Shown: piece after piece, positions 13,140-23,598 of the stretch
How the letters are laid out: every line of letters starts with the position of its first letter
Position numbering within the stretch: position 1 is the stretch's first letter
NCBI GenBank assembly: GCA_950097015.1
Contig: CATNEN010000002.1
Coordinates: 4,464,001 to 4,528,000 of the forward strand
Source of the DNA: Macrostomum hystrix
Taxonomy: Eukaryota; Animalia; Platyhelminthes
DNA: 64,000 nucleotides
Direction of reading: 5' to 3'
Notes under the pieces: model-generated
What the model was told of the DNA's origin: nothing
The model's input: the letters and a program-made list of their open reading frames with translations, nothing else
The model's database searches: none
Position numbers and translations under genes: made by a program

Positions 13140-13510
13140 ATCGCAATGATAATAACAACAATTGCAGGAGCGCTTCGGGCAATGTCACATCATTTGGTGA
13201 CACTAGACCCGCAGCCAGCGAGGAGGCAATTCTACCAATTTCACTGACTCCTGAGCACACACGCACACAGATAGTGTACGCAGGTACACACTCACGCAGA
13301 CGTGTGTACAACTGCACTGACTTTCTCATCGTCAGGCAGTGTACACTCTCACTGTGCCCTTGAGGTTGGCCCTCAAGGTCGTAAATTGCACGACAAGCCC
13401 CCAAGTCTTCTCTCCGGGGCTGCGCCCCAAATAAAAGTGGCCTCGCCGTAGAATCGAACTTAGGGACCTTGGTGCGAAGGGCCACATGTTAACGCTCTGC
13501 CACTGACCGC
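13140..13510 (-). mobile_element. SINE family A copy
   Basis: Reverse complement of the family A sequence including the 3' stem-loop and ATT tail. Confidence 0.85.
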
Positions 13511-15330
13511 CATAGTTTTATCACATGTTTTTCATACTTTAATTACGTTTATGTGCTGCAGTGAGCTCTGCAGTTTCACTGTAGTTGGCTCGTGCAACTT
13601 TACATAGGTGCACATCGAGGAGCGATCTGCAAGGCCTTGATAAAGGCAGAGCAGAACAATCGGTATCTGCTACTACGTACCATGAGTAGCATGCAAAAAC
13701 TCAGGAGTTTGAGGAAGAATTTTTCTGTCAGGACGGATCGTAGGTAAGTGCTTAAGAATCTACGTCATAAGAACAAAACATTAGTTGGATGTTACTATCG
13801 GGCTTGACTAATATATAGGCCATGTATGTTTATGCCGCCCTATGGATGACTGCAGCTGTGCAGGAAATGTGAGAGCACTTCATCGCAGCTTCCTGGATCG
13901 CGGTTTCATTCTGACGTCTAGGATTCGTTTCACCTGTCTGCTGGTATCTATTTTACAGCTAAGTGAATTGAAGCACTAGATAATTAGTTATCTTGCTATC
14001 TTGCTTACACAACCTGAATTCGAACTCCCGACCTTTGAGTGAGAAATCAAAAGCGCTAAATACCAGGCAAAGAGCTCTGAATGACACTTTAATTGCACTG
14101 AAAGAAATGGCTGTTGCAGGCACTTTTGTCGATGCAAAACACTGGCACTGGCTCCTCACTGCCTCTTTCTCTTCAAAGACTCACATTGTGACAATGCTTG
14201 TTAAGACCCTTTAATGATGCAGTGCACTATGCCACTCCATGAAAGTTTCAAACAAATTTCTAACCTTGTCAACCCGGTGGTGCCCCTTCATTACAATGAA
14301 GCTCAGAAAGAGCTGTCTTTAAAGTTGCGATGCAAAAAACAAAAAATAGGGTTTTTTGTGTTTCCGTCAACATGGAAACCGCATGCCAGTATTGTCGGAT
14401 TCAGCGTGCAGGAATGCCGTTCCCGCACTCTTTCGCGTGCCGGAATGCAACTGTCTATGGTAAAAACGCCATTGAAATCAAGCAGAAAATCAGTGCAGGA
14501 ATGATGTGCGATTCTTGCACTGCAAAGCAAAACGGAACATTAATTATATACCTTTTTGCGTTCTATTTGGGCAAGGACTTCTATATAATAGCATCTGGAC
14601 TGGAAGCGAAGAAATACCCATTACCTCATGAGGCCAGTTTTTCCCCTGCTTTCTATGGAATCTGTCAAATTGGGAAATGCAAGATCGGAAATTCAAATGT
14701 CGGAAATCCAGAGATGTAATGTTAACTGGCTAGTTCCTTTCTTCAGATTATTAATTTATGCTTACGAGTACCTTGAAGCAGCAACGCAAATTCAAATGGA
14801 TTAACGCATATGCAGGTGTGCTTCGAACAATCGGTAACAAACAAAACACGTAGGCAATGGTAACGTAGAATTTGCAGAAGAGTGTTCACAGAGGTCGTAT
14901 TGGCATCAAATGAAAGTTACTTGTCTGTTCTGGCACTGGAAAGTTTGGCCGACTTTCGCTTACTTCGAGCCCCAGCTCCATTACCGTAACGTCCTTGACA
15001 AGATTTTTCATCATGCAGTTGAAAAATGCACAGACGATTCCTTCTTTCACATCATGGCCACCGCGGCACATCGGTGCAATAGATGCTATTATATAGAAGT
15101 CCTTGTATTTGGGCTTTCTTGCGAGCCATTTGGGCAGCGCAGGCAGTGGTCAGCGAGACGAAAGCAGGCACTCTGTGCCATAGACAAAGATAGCATTTGC
15201 TTCTGAATTCGGCAACCAATTTGGGCCCCTTTGCAAGCAATTTCGGCCAGTGGTGGCAGTCAGAGATAAAAAACAGGGGCAGCAATCATGGATGTCACAA
15301 CAGTCAGCAACATAAGCATACTCTGAACGG

Positions 15331-15595
15331 ATGCCGCCTCGCGGTCATTACTTGCGCATATCGGCTGTTGACAGACAGAGGCTGATTGCAGCCTACCAGA
15401 ATGATGCCGACTGGCGACACCTAACGCGCATGCTTGGCATCAAGCGCCAGACAGCAGCCAACATCGTCTGCAATTTTATTGCGCATGACCGAGCAGCCCC
15501 ACTTCCAAAGGGTGGCGACAAGAGGCGTCGACTGACGGAAGGAATGATTGAGGAGATCGTTGACTTCCTGGGATCGCGCCCGACAGCGACAGGAA
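15331..15595 (+). mobile_element. Tc1/IS630-family transposase N-terminal HTH fragment
   Basis: MPPRGHYLRISAVDRQRLIAAYQNDADWRHLTRMLGIKRQTAANIV...LPKGGDKRRRLTEGMIEEIVDFL fits the bipartite HTH-GG linker pattern of Tc1/IS630 transposases. No DDE domain follows. Confidence 0.7.
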
Positions 15596-16164
15596 AATTA
15601 ATTACAGTATATTTAGTTCATTTAAATTCTCATCACGCACACCTCCGTAGCCAGTAGCTTCTCCAACTGTTCATCGGTGCCAATAACCTCCAGTGACAGT
15701 GCCAATACTTCTTCACTCTCTCGCTCGAATTTGCTTTCTGTAGACAAAACGGCTACAGCATCCGCCGAAACTTCACTCACGGTGACGTAGTTCAAATCAA
15801 TTAATGGAGCGCAAAGATTTGGGTCTATGGTGCTAGCCATGTCGATTTCAAATTGGGTTAGATGACTGAGGTGGATCTTTGGTGATTATTTACATGGAGG
15901 GAAAGCTCTATATAAACAAGTTAATTTCACGAAAGTGCAGGAATTCAAATGTCCATGGCTCAACTCTTTTGAAATCTGACGAAATAAAGCTTTCGACGAT
16001 ACTCGGGCTCGTGAGTCTATCTTTGGTTTAAATGTCTATGGTCTCCTATTAGTGGGGGCTCCGGCCCCAACCCCCCGCAAGTCCAAGCATCACTGATCGC
16101 TATCGATCATGCCAGTTTGTAAATATTCGTACAGGGAACAACTGATTTGTTATTTTTTTCGCAG

Positions 16165-16586
16165 GCCTGAACTCACTGCATGCTCTCACCGAGTCTAAAA
16201 ATAGAAGGCTGCGCATCTTCATGAAGCTGTGGAACGGCACCGGTGAGGGTTGGGCTGAGTATTCCAGCTTCTCCGTGGGTCCCGTGGCAGATAATTACCG
16301 TTTGAATTTGACCGGCTTCTCTGCCAGTGCCGGAGTCGGAGACTGTTTCGCTCAAAACAACGGCATGCAGTTCAGCACAATGGACGCTGTTCATTTCTTG
16401 GACAGCTGCGCCGTAAAATACTTTGGTGCCTGGTGGTTCAATAAGTGTTTCTGCAACCACCTGAACGGCCAGTACAAGGACTTTTCCAATGCCATTAACG
16501 GATCCCACGGCCAAGGAATCATTTGGGCCACTTATTATGGAGGCTACACTTATTCCTACATGGAAGTTGAAATGCTTGTACTTTAA
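16165..16586 (+). CDS. Orphan FReD terminal exon (FReD-5), chimeric
   Basis: Intact acceptor (tttttttcgcag|gc, phase 1) and open to TAA. 16082-16389 nearly duplicates 5887-6193 (FReD-2 intron 2/exon 3), followed by a divergent C-terminus. No matching exons 1-2 seen upstream. Could be a pseudo-exon. Confidence 0.65.
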
Positions 16587-17219
16587 GGAGACTAAATCCA
16601 GGAGCTGGCGAGTCTTGAAGCTTGCGAAGAAACAAAAGCTTATTTTCCAAATCTCTGAAAAACTCGCGTTTCACTTTTCACTGTGAGACTAAAGCAACAG
16701 AAAACCTCAATAACATAACAACACAAGGATCGTTTTCCTAGATTTGTACATTGTCATGCGTTAAGCATTGTGCGAAGTTTTTAATTTAATTATTTTTTTA
16801 TCTTTATTATAACCCGTATAAAGTAGAAATGATATTAAAAATCCATTCGTTCTGTTTATTTTTTGTCAAAAAATAATAGAAAATACAACAAAATTTGATT
16901 ACGAGTACTTAACATGTATTTAGATCGGAGTAGCAGTTAATAATAATAAAACAACGGTACAGGCTACAGAATGCTTCTGTCTATAAGCCATCGTCAACTG
17001 TCAATAAGAAATAAATCCGACATGCGATTTAGTTCAGTGCAAATTTCTTAAAATTGTTCGCAGAAAAAACAACATCAAATGCGTTGTCAAGAACCGCCAT
17101 CCAAGTTTAGGTCCAAGGATGCAAAAACATTAACTTCTCGTGGTAGTCAAACTAGCATAGAGGATGGTGATTGGTCAATTATACCACTGGCTCGTGAAGG
17201 GACACAATTGGACACAGTT

Positions 17220-17500
17220 TTAATAATAATAGTAATCGCTGATTCCTGAGCACACACTCACACGGATACTGTACGCAGGTACACACTCACACAGATGTGT
17301 ACATCCGCTTTGTGTGTACATGACTTTCTCATCGTCGAGTAGTGTGCATTGGAGGTTCTCATTGGAGGGTCGTAAATTACACGACAAGCCCCCACAGACT
17401 TCTCTCTGAGGCTGCAGCCATAATGATAGTGGCCTCGGAATCGAGATCAGGGACCTTGTTGCGAGACGCAAACGAGCAAACCGCTTTTTGCCACTCACCC
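17220..17500 (-). mobile_element. SINE family A copy (internally deleted)
   Basis: Reverse-complement match to head and body. Confidence 0.8.
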
Positions 17501-17840
17501 ATAAGAATATTGCTTCAGGAAAAATATTGTTTCCCTTCTGCTGAGATTCTAATCCACGACCATTCGTTTAGAAGTCCAAAGAATAAAGCTCTAGCTACAA
17601 AGAGCCCGCAGGTGCAGGCTTTCAGCTAGCTCAAATCATCTCAGGTACAATAGTGCTTTGTGTGCTCTACAAGGTCCAACAAATATTAGTTAGAAGGGAC
17701 ATCCTGGTGCAATCAAGAAAATCAATCACAGGTGGAAAAATCACACCACTGTTTAATTTGAAACACGCAAATCGATACGGAAGTTCCAGCGAGTCTTCAT
17801 CCTCGTGTCTTTCGGAAGCAGGCGTTGCAAAACTCAAAAT

Positions 17841-20800
17841 TTAAGCAGGCTTGTAGAAGAACAAGGTGTCCACATCGCAGTGATTGAATCGTCTAGTCTC
17901 ACCTTTATGGTCTTTGTATTCTCCTTTCGGATAAAGACCGCTGGTTCGGGCTGTTAGCAACAGCTGCCAGCCGAGTTGGCGCTGCGCCTCAACCAGAGCC
18001 ACCAGCAGAGCCACCGAGGGCACCACGCAGGTGGACCATGGTGTGCCGCCAATGTTCATGCCCCACCAGAGGTCCTTCGTGAACTCTGTGTACACCTGAA
18101 AGAACACATGGATTTGTCGTAAAATTTTGAGCCGTGCAAGCTTCCTGATGATGCCAAAGAGATATTACGCCCTTGTGCGAGTTTGGCCTAAAAATCAACT
18201 CACCTCCTTGTACCAGGTGTCGAAGATGACAGAGCGAATCGCGGAGCGACTCTCCAGCGGCGCTTTGCAGGCGCGCAGCATGCCTTTGCCCATGAGGGCC
18301 AAGCAGAATACGGAACCTTTGGCTGGCTGGCAACGACCGAACAGCAGGCTGGACTTGCAGTGGTCGTTCTTGTCGAATCGAAAGATCGGACGCCAACCGG
18401 CCTTAGTCGGAAAAATGCGATTACCGTAGTAAAGGCTGAAATAAGTTCAGCACACACACCCTCCAATGACCCACGTCCCATGAAGTCCCTCGCTAGCATG
18501 TCAGGTTTTCCTGAACTGTTTTGCGCTTCGCCTTCTGAGCCACAACGTCGCAAGGCAATAAACACTAAAAAATAATTGCAGGAGGTTACTGGCTCTACAT
18601 TTAGTGAAGTCGACACGCAGCCAGCGACGAGGCAATTCTTCCCCTGTGTAGATATACGAGGGTGTGTACATGTGCCCTGACTTTCTCATCGTCAGGCAGT
18701 GTACACTCTCACTGTGTCTTGGAGATCGGCACTTAAGAGAGTAAATTTTACTTAACAAGTCCTCAGGCTTTCTCTCCGCGGCTGCGTCCCAAATGAATGT
18801 GACCTCGCCACGGAATCGAGCACAGGGACTTCACTGCGAGAGTCACGCGCTAGACCGCTCCGGCGCTCACCTACTTCACAAAGGAAGCTTTTAGACTAAG
18901 TGTTTAATTGTGATATTTAATGATAATACACAAAAATTGTGATTATCTGTGTATTTGAGCAAGACACTGATTTCCTTAGTCCATCAGTTCACCCAGCTGA
19001 GAAATGGGTACCTGGAGGATCAGAGCTGGGGTGGAATTTTGAGTTAGGTTTGGTGGCATTCCTAGTTCGCGGACTGGATAGCCTCTGGAAGCGCTGTTGA
19101 ATTGCTGTGGCTGTACATCTTTCGTACGTGTTATTACTTCCCCCTTCTCTCTGTGCTTCTTTACGCTCGCGCGCCATCTTATTGTACTTTCTCCTCTCTC
19201 CCTCTATCAGTTCAAGTTCTTTGCGAACCTTTACTTCTCTTTCCTTTCCAGCTCTTACCCTTTGCCCCCTCCTTAATTATCTCTCGGTTAATACATTTGA
19301 TTCTCAGCCTAGAGGGCTTCTGCCTGCCGTTCTCGATTCGTTGATTGCCTTTAAGACTGGCTCTTACTGTAAAGAGTCGGTTTATTTTTAAGAAGTCACT
19401 ACAGTACTATCCATATGTGAGTGCTTGCGCACATTAGAGTCCGCGAGCTTGCTCAGAAAAAAATAGTCGAGTACGCTCGTCTTCACATTAGTCGTGCCAC
19501 ATCGCCTTCACATTAGTACCACATCGCCTTCTTGCTAGCTGTGGCTTGACTGTCAACTATTAATACGTCAGTGGCCGCCTTCAGAGTTGACTCACCTGCA
19601 GGGCCTCAGTAAATAGGCGCACGAGGTACAGCTTGCCGTGCATGCTCCTTTCATCAAAGTAGTGCACCCGCCACGGCTGCGAGTTGAGCTTGACCAGCGC
19701 CGAATGGCTGTAGTTGGACACAGACTTGACTCCTTCAAATTCTGTCTGGTCCCAGAACTGGCGAGTCACATCCAGGCACCATTTGATGGCCGTGTTGTCC
19801 GAGGACACCAGGCGAATGAGGTTCTTGCGCTCCAGGGACAGCATCAACAGGCGAGTGTCCATCAGCTCGTGACACTTCTCCGGCGCATGGCGAAGTACCT
19901 GTAGATGAGGGAGACAGCTGAGAGAGCGTCTTATAGAGAATTACTTCAAGTTAAGATAGAGATGAAGTTAAGCTTATTAAAAATACGTGTACTCATTCGG
20001 GCCCATTTGACATATTTTAGTGAAGGAATTGTGAAAATCGGTTTAGCCATTCGGAAGATAGTCAATTGAAAACAAGCAAGATTTTCATTTTTAGTATAAT
20101 TGATTAGCAACTATGCCCCCCTTCGAGGAGCTTGAACCTGCATGGAAATATCTGTGCAAAAAAGAAAGTTTTTTTCGGTTTGTCAAACAATGCTACCCCT
20201 CTATGATGCGTGCAGCTCCCTCGATAATTCAGTATACACCCTCGATAGTTTATGCTAATCACTGCCAACCCAAAAAAATTAATTTTACCCCTTTGATAAA
20301 TGTTCCCCCTGAATAAATCATGCTACCCGCTAAATCATTCTATCCTCACAATAAATCATGTTACTTATTTCCTCCATAGAGCACGCAACCCTTTCGATAA
20401 ATCAACAACCCCTTTAATAAATCAGACGGTCAAACGCTTGAAACACTAGGCTAGAAGCTATCAAATAGAGCCAGGCTAATTATAGCTTACAGAAGTTTTT
20501 TGCAAAAAAGGACGCAGATAATATTCAGCCTACTTATAGTAGCGAGGAACGAGAGTAAGTAAGAAGTTAATAACAAGTTTTATAACAGTTGAAAATTAGC
20601 CGAAGATTTTTTACAGTAGAAAAACCATGAGGAGGTACTCATATTAAAATAACAATATTTTTTCGTTTTTATCTCCTAAAATATTAAACCAATCCCTATA
20701 AAAATCGAGAAGACGGACTCACTTCCCGCTCTATCCAATGAAACAACTTCAGGAATCACAAAAATATTGACATCGTCGAGATATTTAACGATTCTCGTCG

Positions 20801-21938
20801 CGGGGTCATTTGTCCGATTCACCAGGGACTTCAACAAGAATCGCTGCATATCACGACGATGCTGACTTAGACGGCTTTGAAAGTAAGTTCATCGTGTAGA
20901 AAGGAAAATTTTGATACATATAGTGGATTTTCACGACAATAAGTCATTGGCTTCGGGAGCTGTCGTGAAGTAGGCAGTGGGTATTTAAAATACGAGTATC
21001 CGTAGCATTTCTTCAGGCGGACAAAAGCATCGTCTTGGAAGTACTGTTAAAAGTAAATATCATCGTTAAAAATTTGAAAATTGTTCATATTGATGTCTGC
21101 TCAAAGCTTTCAAGTGTGCACTCACAACGGTATCATTGTGCCCAATGTTGAGCGCCACCTCGGGCCAAAAGCCGCGCCCGAGTGCCGACTCGAACAGGCG
21201 CAGCAGGAGGTACCGGCCCAGGTCCTTGGCCTCCATGCTGCTGCCCTTGCCGGTGAACCAGACGGAGTCCCTGGCAACCAGGGTCAGGTAGTGCTCAGTG
21301 GGCTGCAGGCGGCGGTACTCATGATTGAGGTAGCGATCGAACACCTCCTCCAAGTCGCTCTGGAGCTCCTTGGGAGCGAACCACAGTGTCATGGTGTCCT
21401 CGTTGCATAGATCCATCACAGCGAACTTCGCAGCTACGGCGTCGTCACCGGGTGGCTCTGCTCGCTCGAGCAGGATGGAGCTCAAGTTGATGCCGTTGGA
21501 CTTGCGCAGCAGCTTGACTCCGGCCAGGATGCGGTAGCCGTGCCCGTACAGGCGGGCGAGAAGGTCGCACAGGAAGCGGTGCCGAATGCGGCCGTGCTGC
21601 TCACAATCGCTGGACGGCGATTCTCTAAGCAGCTCCGCGCAGGCTACGCGCTGCCAGCCAGTCTTCACCAGGCGAGTGGTTGGCCGACTCTCCGACGCCG
21701 TTGTCTCCGTGCAGAACAGCAGCGTCTTCATCACGGCCTCGGTTAGGTCGTCGTCACCGTAGATTATTTCAAGTCCGCCGCCACCACCGCCGCCGGAGCC
21801 AGTGTCCTGATCCGTGTCGCCATTGCTACCGGGGCCAGATTTTGATAACTCGTGCGAGACGTGCAGCGCACAATGGCCGAAAGAAGTTCTAAACGGCGGG
21901 GGATTGTAGATTCGCTCCAAGGATTGCGACTGACCCAT
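17841..21938 (-). CDS. Uncharacterised 522-aa protein with repeated 'PW...L..L...GW...D.LFF' modules and a putative N-myristoylation start, 4 exons
   Basis: Exons (-) 21938-21126, 19898-19596, 18401-18204, 18095-17841, all phase 0, GT-AG, 523 codons including stop. Starts MGQSQS. Modules include LARLYGHGY, ALGRGFW, QPW..LFTEALQAGW, TPW..QRQLGW..DVDTLFF. Confidence 0.8.
18570..18870 (-). mobile_element. SINE family A copy (intronic)
   Basis: Reverse-complement match to head, body and tail. Confidence 0.8.
18955..19130 (+). mobile_element. SINE-B-related fragment
   Basis: gagcaagacactga...cagttcacccagctgagaaatgggtacc plus a diverged tail. Confidence 0.55.
20620..21000. mobile_element. Dispersed MITE-like repeat with partial inverted arms (relatives at ~3520-3780, ~38030-38210, ~44390-44480)
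   Basis: Shared segments atctcctaaaatatt..., caacttccagaatcacaa...catcgtctagatatt and gacgatgctgact..gacggctttgaaag...gaagtaggcagtgggtattt recur in four places. Confidence 0.55.
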
Positions 21939-23598
21939 GGCTTATTGGTGAAGCGACTGCGTCTGTTACTAGGCCGATTTAAAATTATGAGCAGCTTGTC
22001 TGTTCAATTGCTAGCATTCGGGATTTCTCTGCTCGTCTCCGCAGTGGAGGGTGTAATAAATATCCGCCGATAGCCCACCTGCGATCGAGGGACTCAGATA
22101 GAACACAAAGAGAAATTCGCCTGCTAACTGGGGATATTAGACGTAGGCACGAATCCGGGGAGCGGAAAGGGCAGGTGGATCACGGCTATAGTGAGAGAGA
22201 GAACGAGGTAGAATGAGGATGCGTAGAGTTTTAGTTACGTGAGGGGATATTTGGGCCGAACCCGGTGAGACTGGGGAGAAGGGGGTGCTGGCCCTGCCGC
22301 CACAGATGCAGGGATCGGGGAGAGGATGACGAGTTCAGGGGTTGGCGACAATTCTGTTGCTGGCCTATAGGCAAACCATGGTTCTCCCCCGCTCTGCTCT
22401 GGCCCGTACCTCGCAGCCCCTCCTTTTCTTTGTCAAGTCGCGCTGCACCCCCTTCCTGTGGGGGTAGGCCCTGGCTGCATCTGCAATGGGCTCGTGAAGC
22501 TCGAGCCCCGCCCAAAGGGAGCTGCGGACCGAATCCCGGGAAAATGCAACGCACGCGACTGCATTGCGGAGTCGCAAAAACAAATCCGCGAAGACGAAAC
22601 AGATAAGCCTCGTCTTTGACTATTTGATTCTTCTGCAATGCGCTGAGCACAAAAGATAATTCTAATGCTCATTATTCCGTGCTGGCAGATATCATCTATT
22701 AAGTGGCATTTTGGGCGGGGCACAGCAGATTCCGGAATTCCAATGAGGCAGCTTTTAAGATGTCGTTATTGCGAGTTCGTATAACCACCTAAAATATCTG
22801 CAAATACTGAATTCATCTAAAAACTGCAGCTTAAAAAACATAATGCTTATCCTACTCTGACTGTTTTACTTCGGTTAAAGCACAGTTGAAAAAAGTCAAA
22901 CATATTAGGGTAAAAATTGCATCTCTGCAGGATTCTTTGTGTCTTGCTCTCTCATTTTTCCTCTGAGCTGACTCAACATGTTTGAAAGTTCCCAGTCGAC
23001 CATAACTAAAAAATTCACGTTTTAGGCATTGTCTCGGTTATTATAGATTTTATAGATTTTTTTAAGGTAAAAAGCTACATCGTTTTGTTTATGCTTTCTG
23101 TTTAAAATGATGAGACGGTGGGACAAAGGGTGAGAGAGGATGGGAGAAATGTGGAGATGAAGGGTGAGAGAGGATGGGAGAAATGTGGAGATGAAGGGTG
23201 ATTGAGAATGGCACAGTCTGGGAGATTATGATGAGAATGGATGTGCGAGACAGGGAGATAAATGGTGTTGACTTTATCTCTTTGTAAATACTCGTAATAC
23301 AAAAGAAATTTCATTAATTTATAAAATTTTCGTGGAAGCTCTGCACAAAGCAGAAGTACTACTCAGTAAATAGTCGTAAAATTATTTTTAAACAATTACA
23401 TCAAAATTTATGATATCAATCAAAAATGTGTTTAATAAATCGAATACTCCAACAAAGATAAGTTTATTTAACGCAGTTTTCAGCCTATAAGCTTAATCAA
23501 CAGCGGAAATTTCAGACAAGACTAAATAAAATGATAGAAAAAATATCGTGCGGCTTCGCATTGTTGTTCTTTTGTGTAGTTCTTTCTGGCGAATGACC

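Noticed and set aside
15622-15840. Acidic 72-aa ORF (MASTIDPNL...)
   Set aside because: Could be a first exon, but the donor is weak and no downstream exons were found.
22190-22650. GC-rich segments here and at 43860-44385 and 54180-54830 as genes
   Set aside because: Several short overlapping ORFs with no recognisable motif; probably decayed retroelement pieces, but I cannot assign a family.
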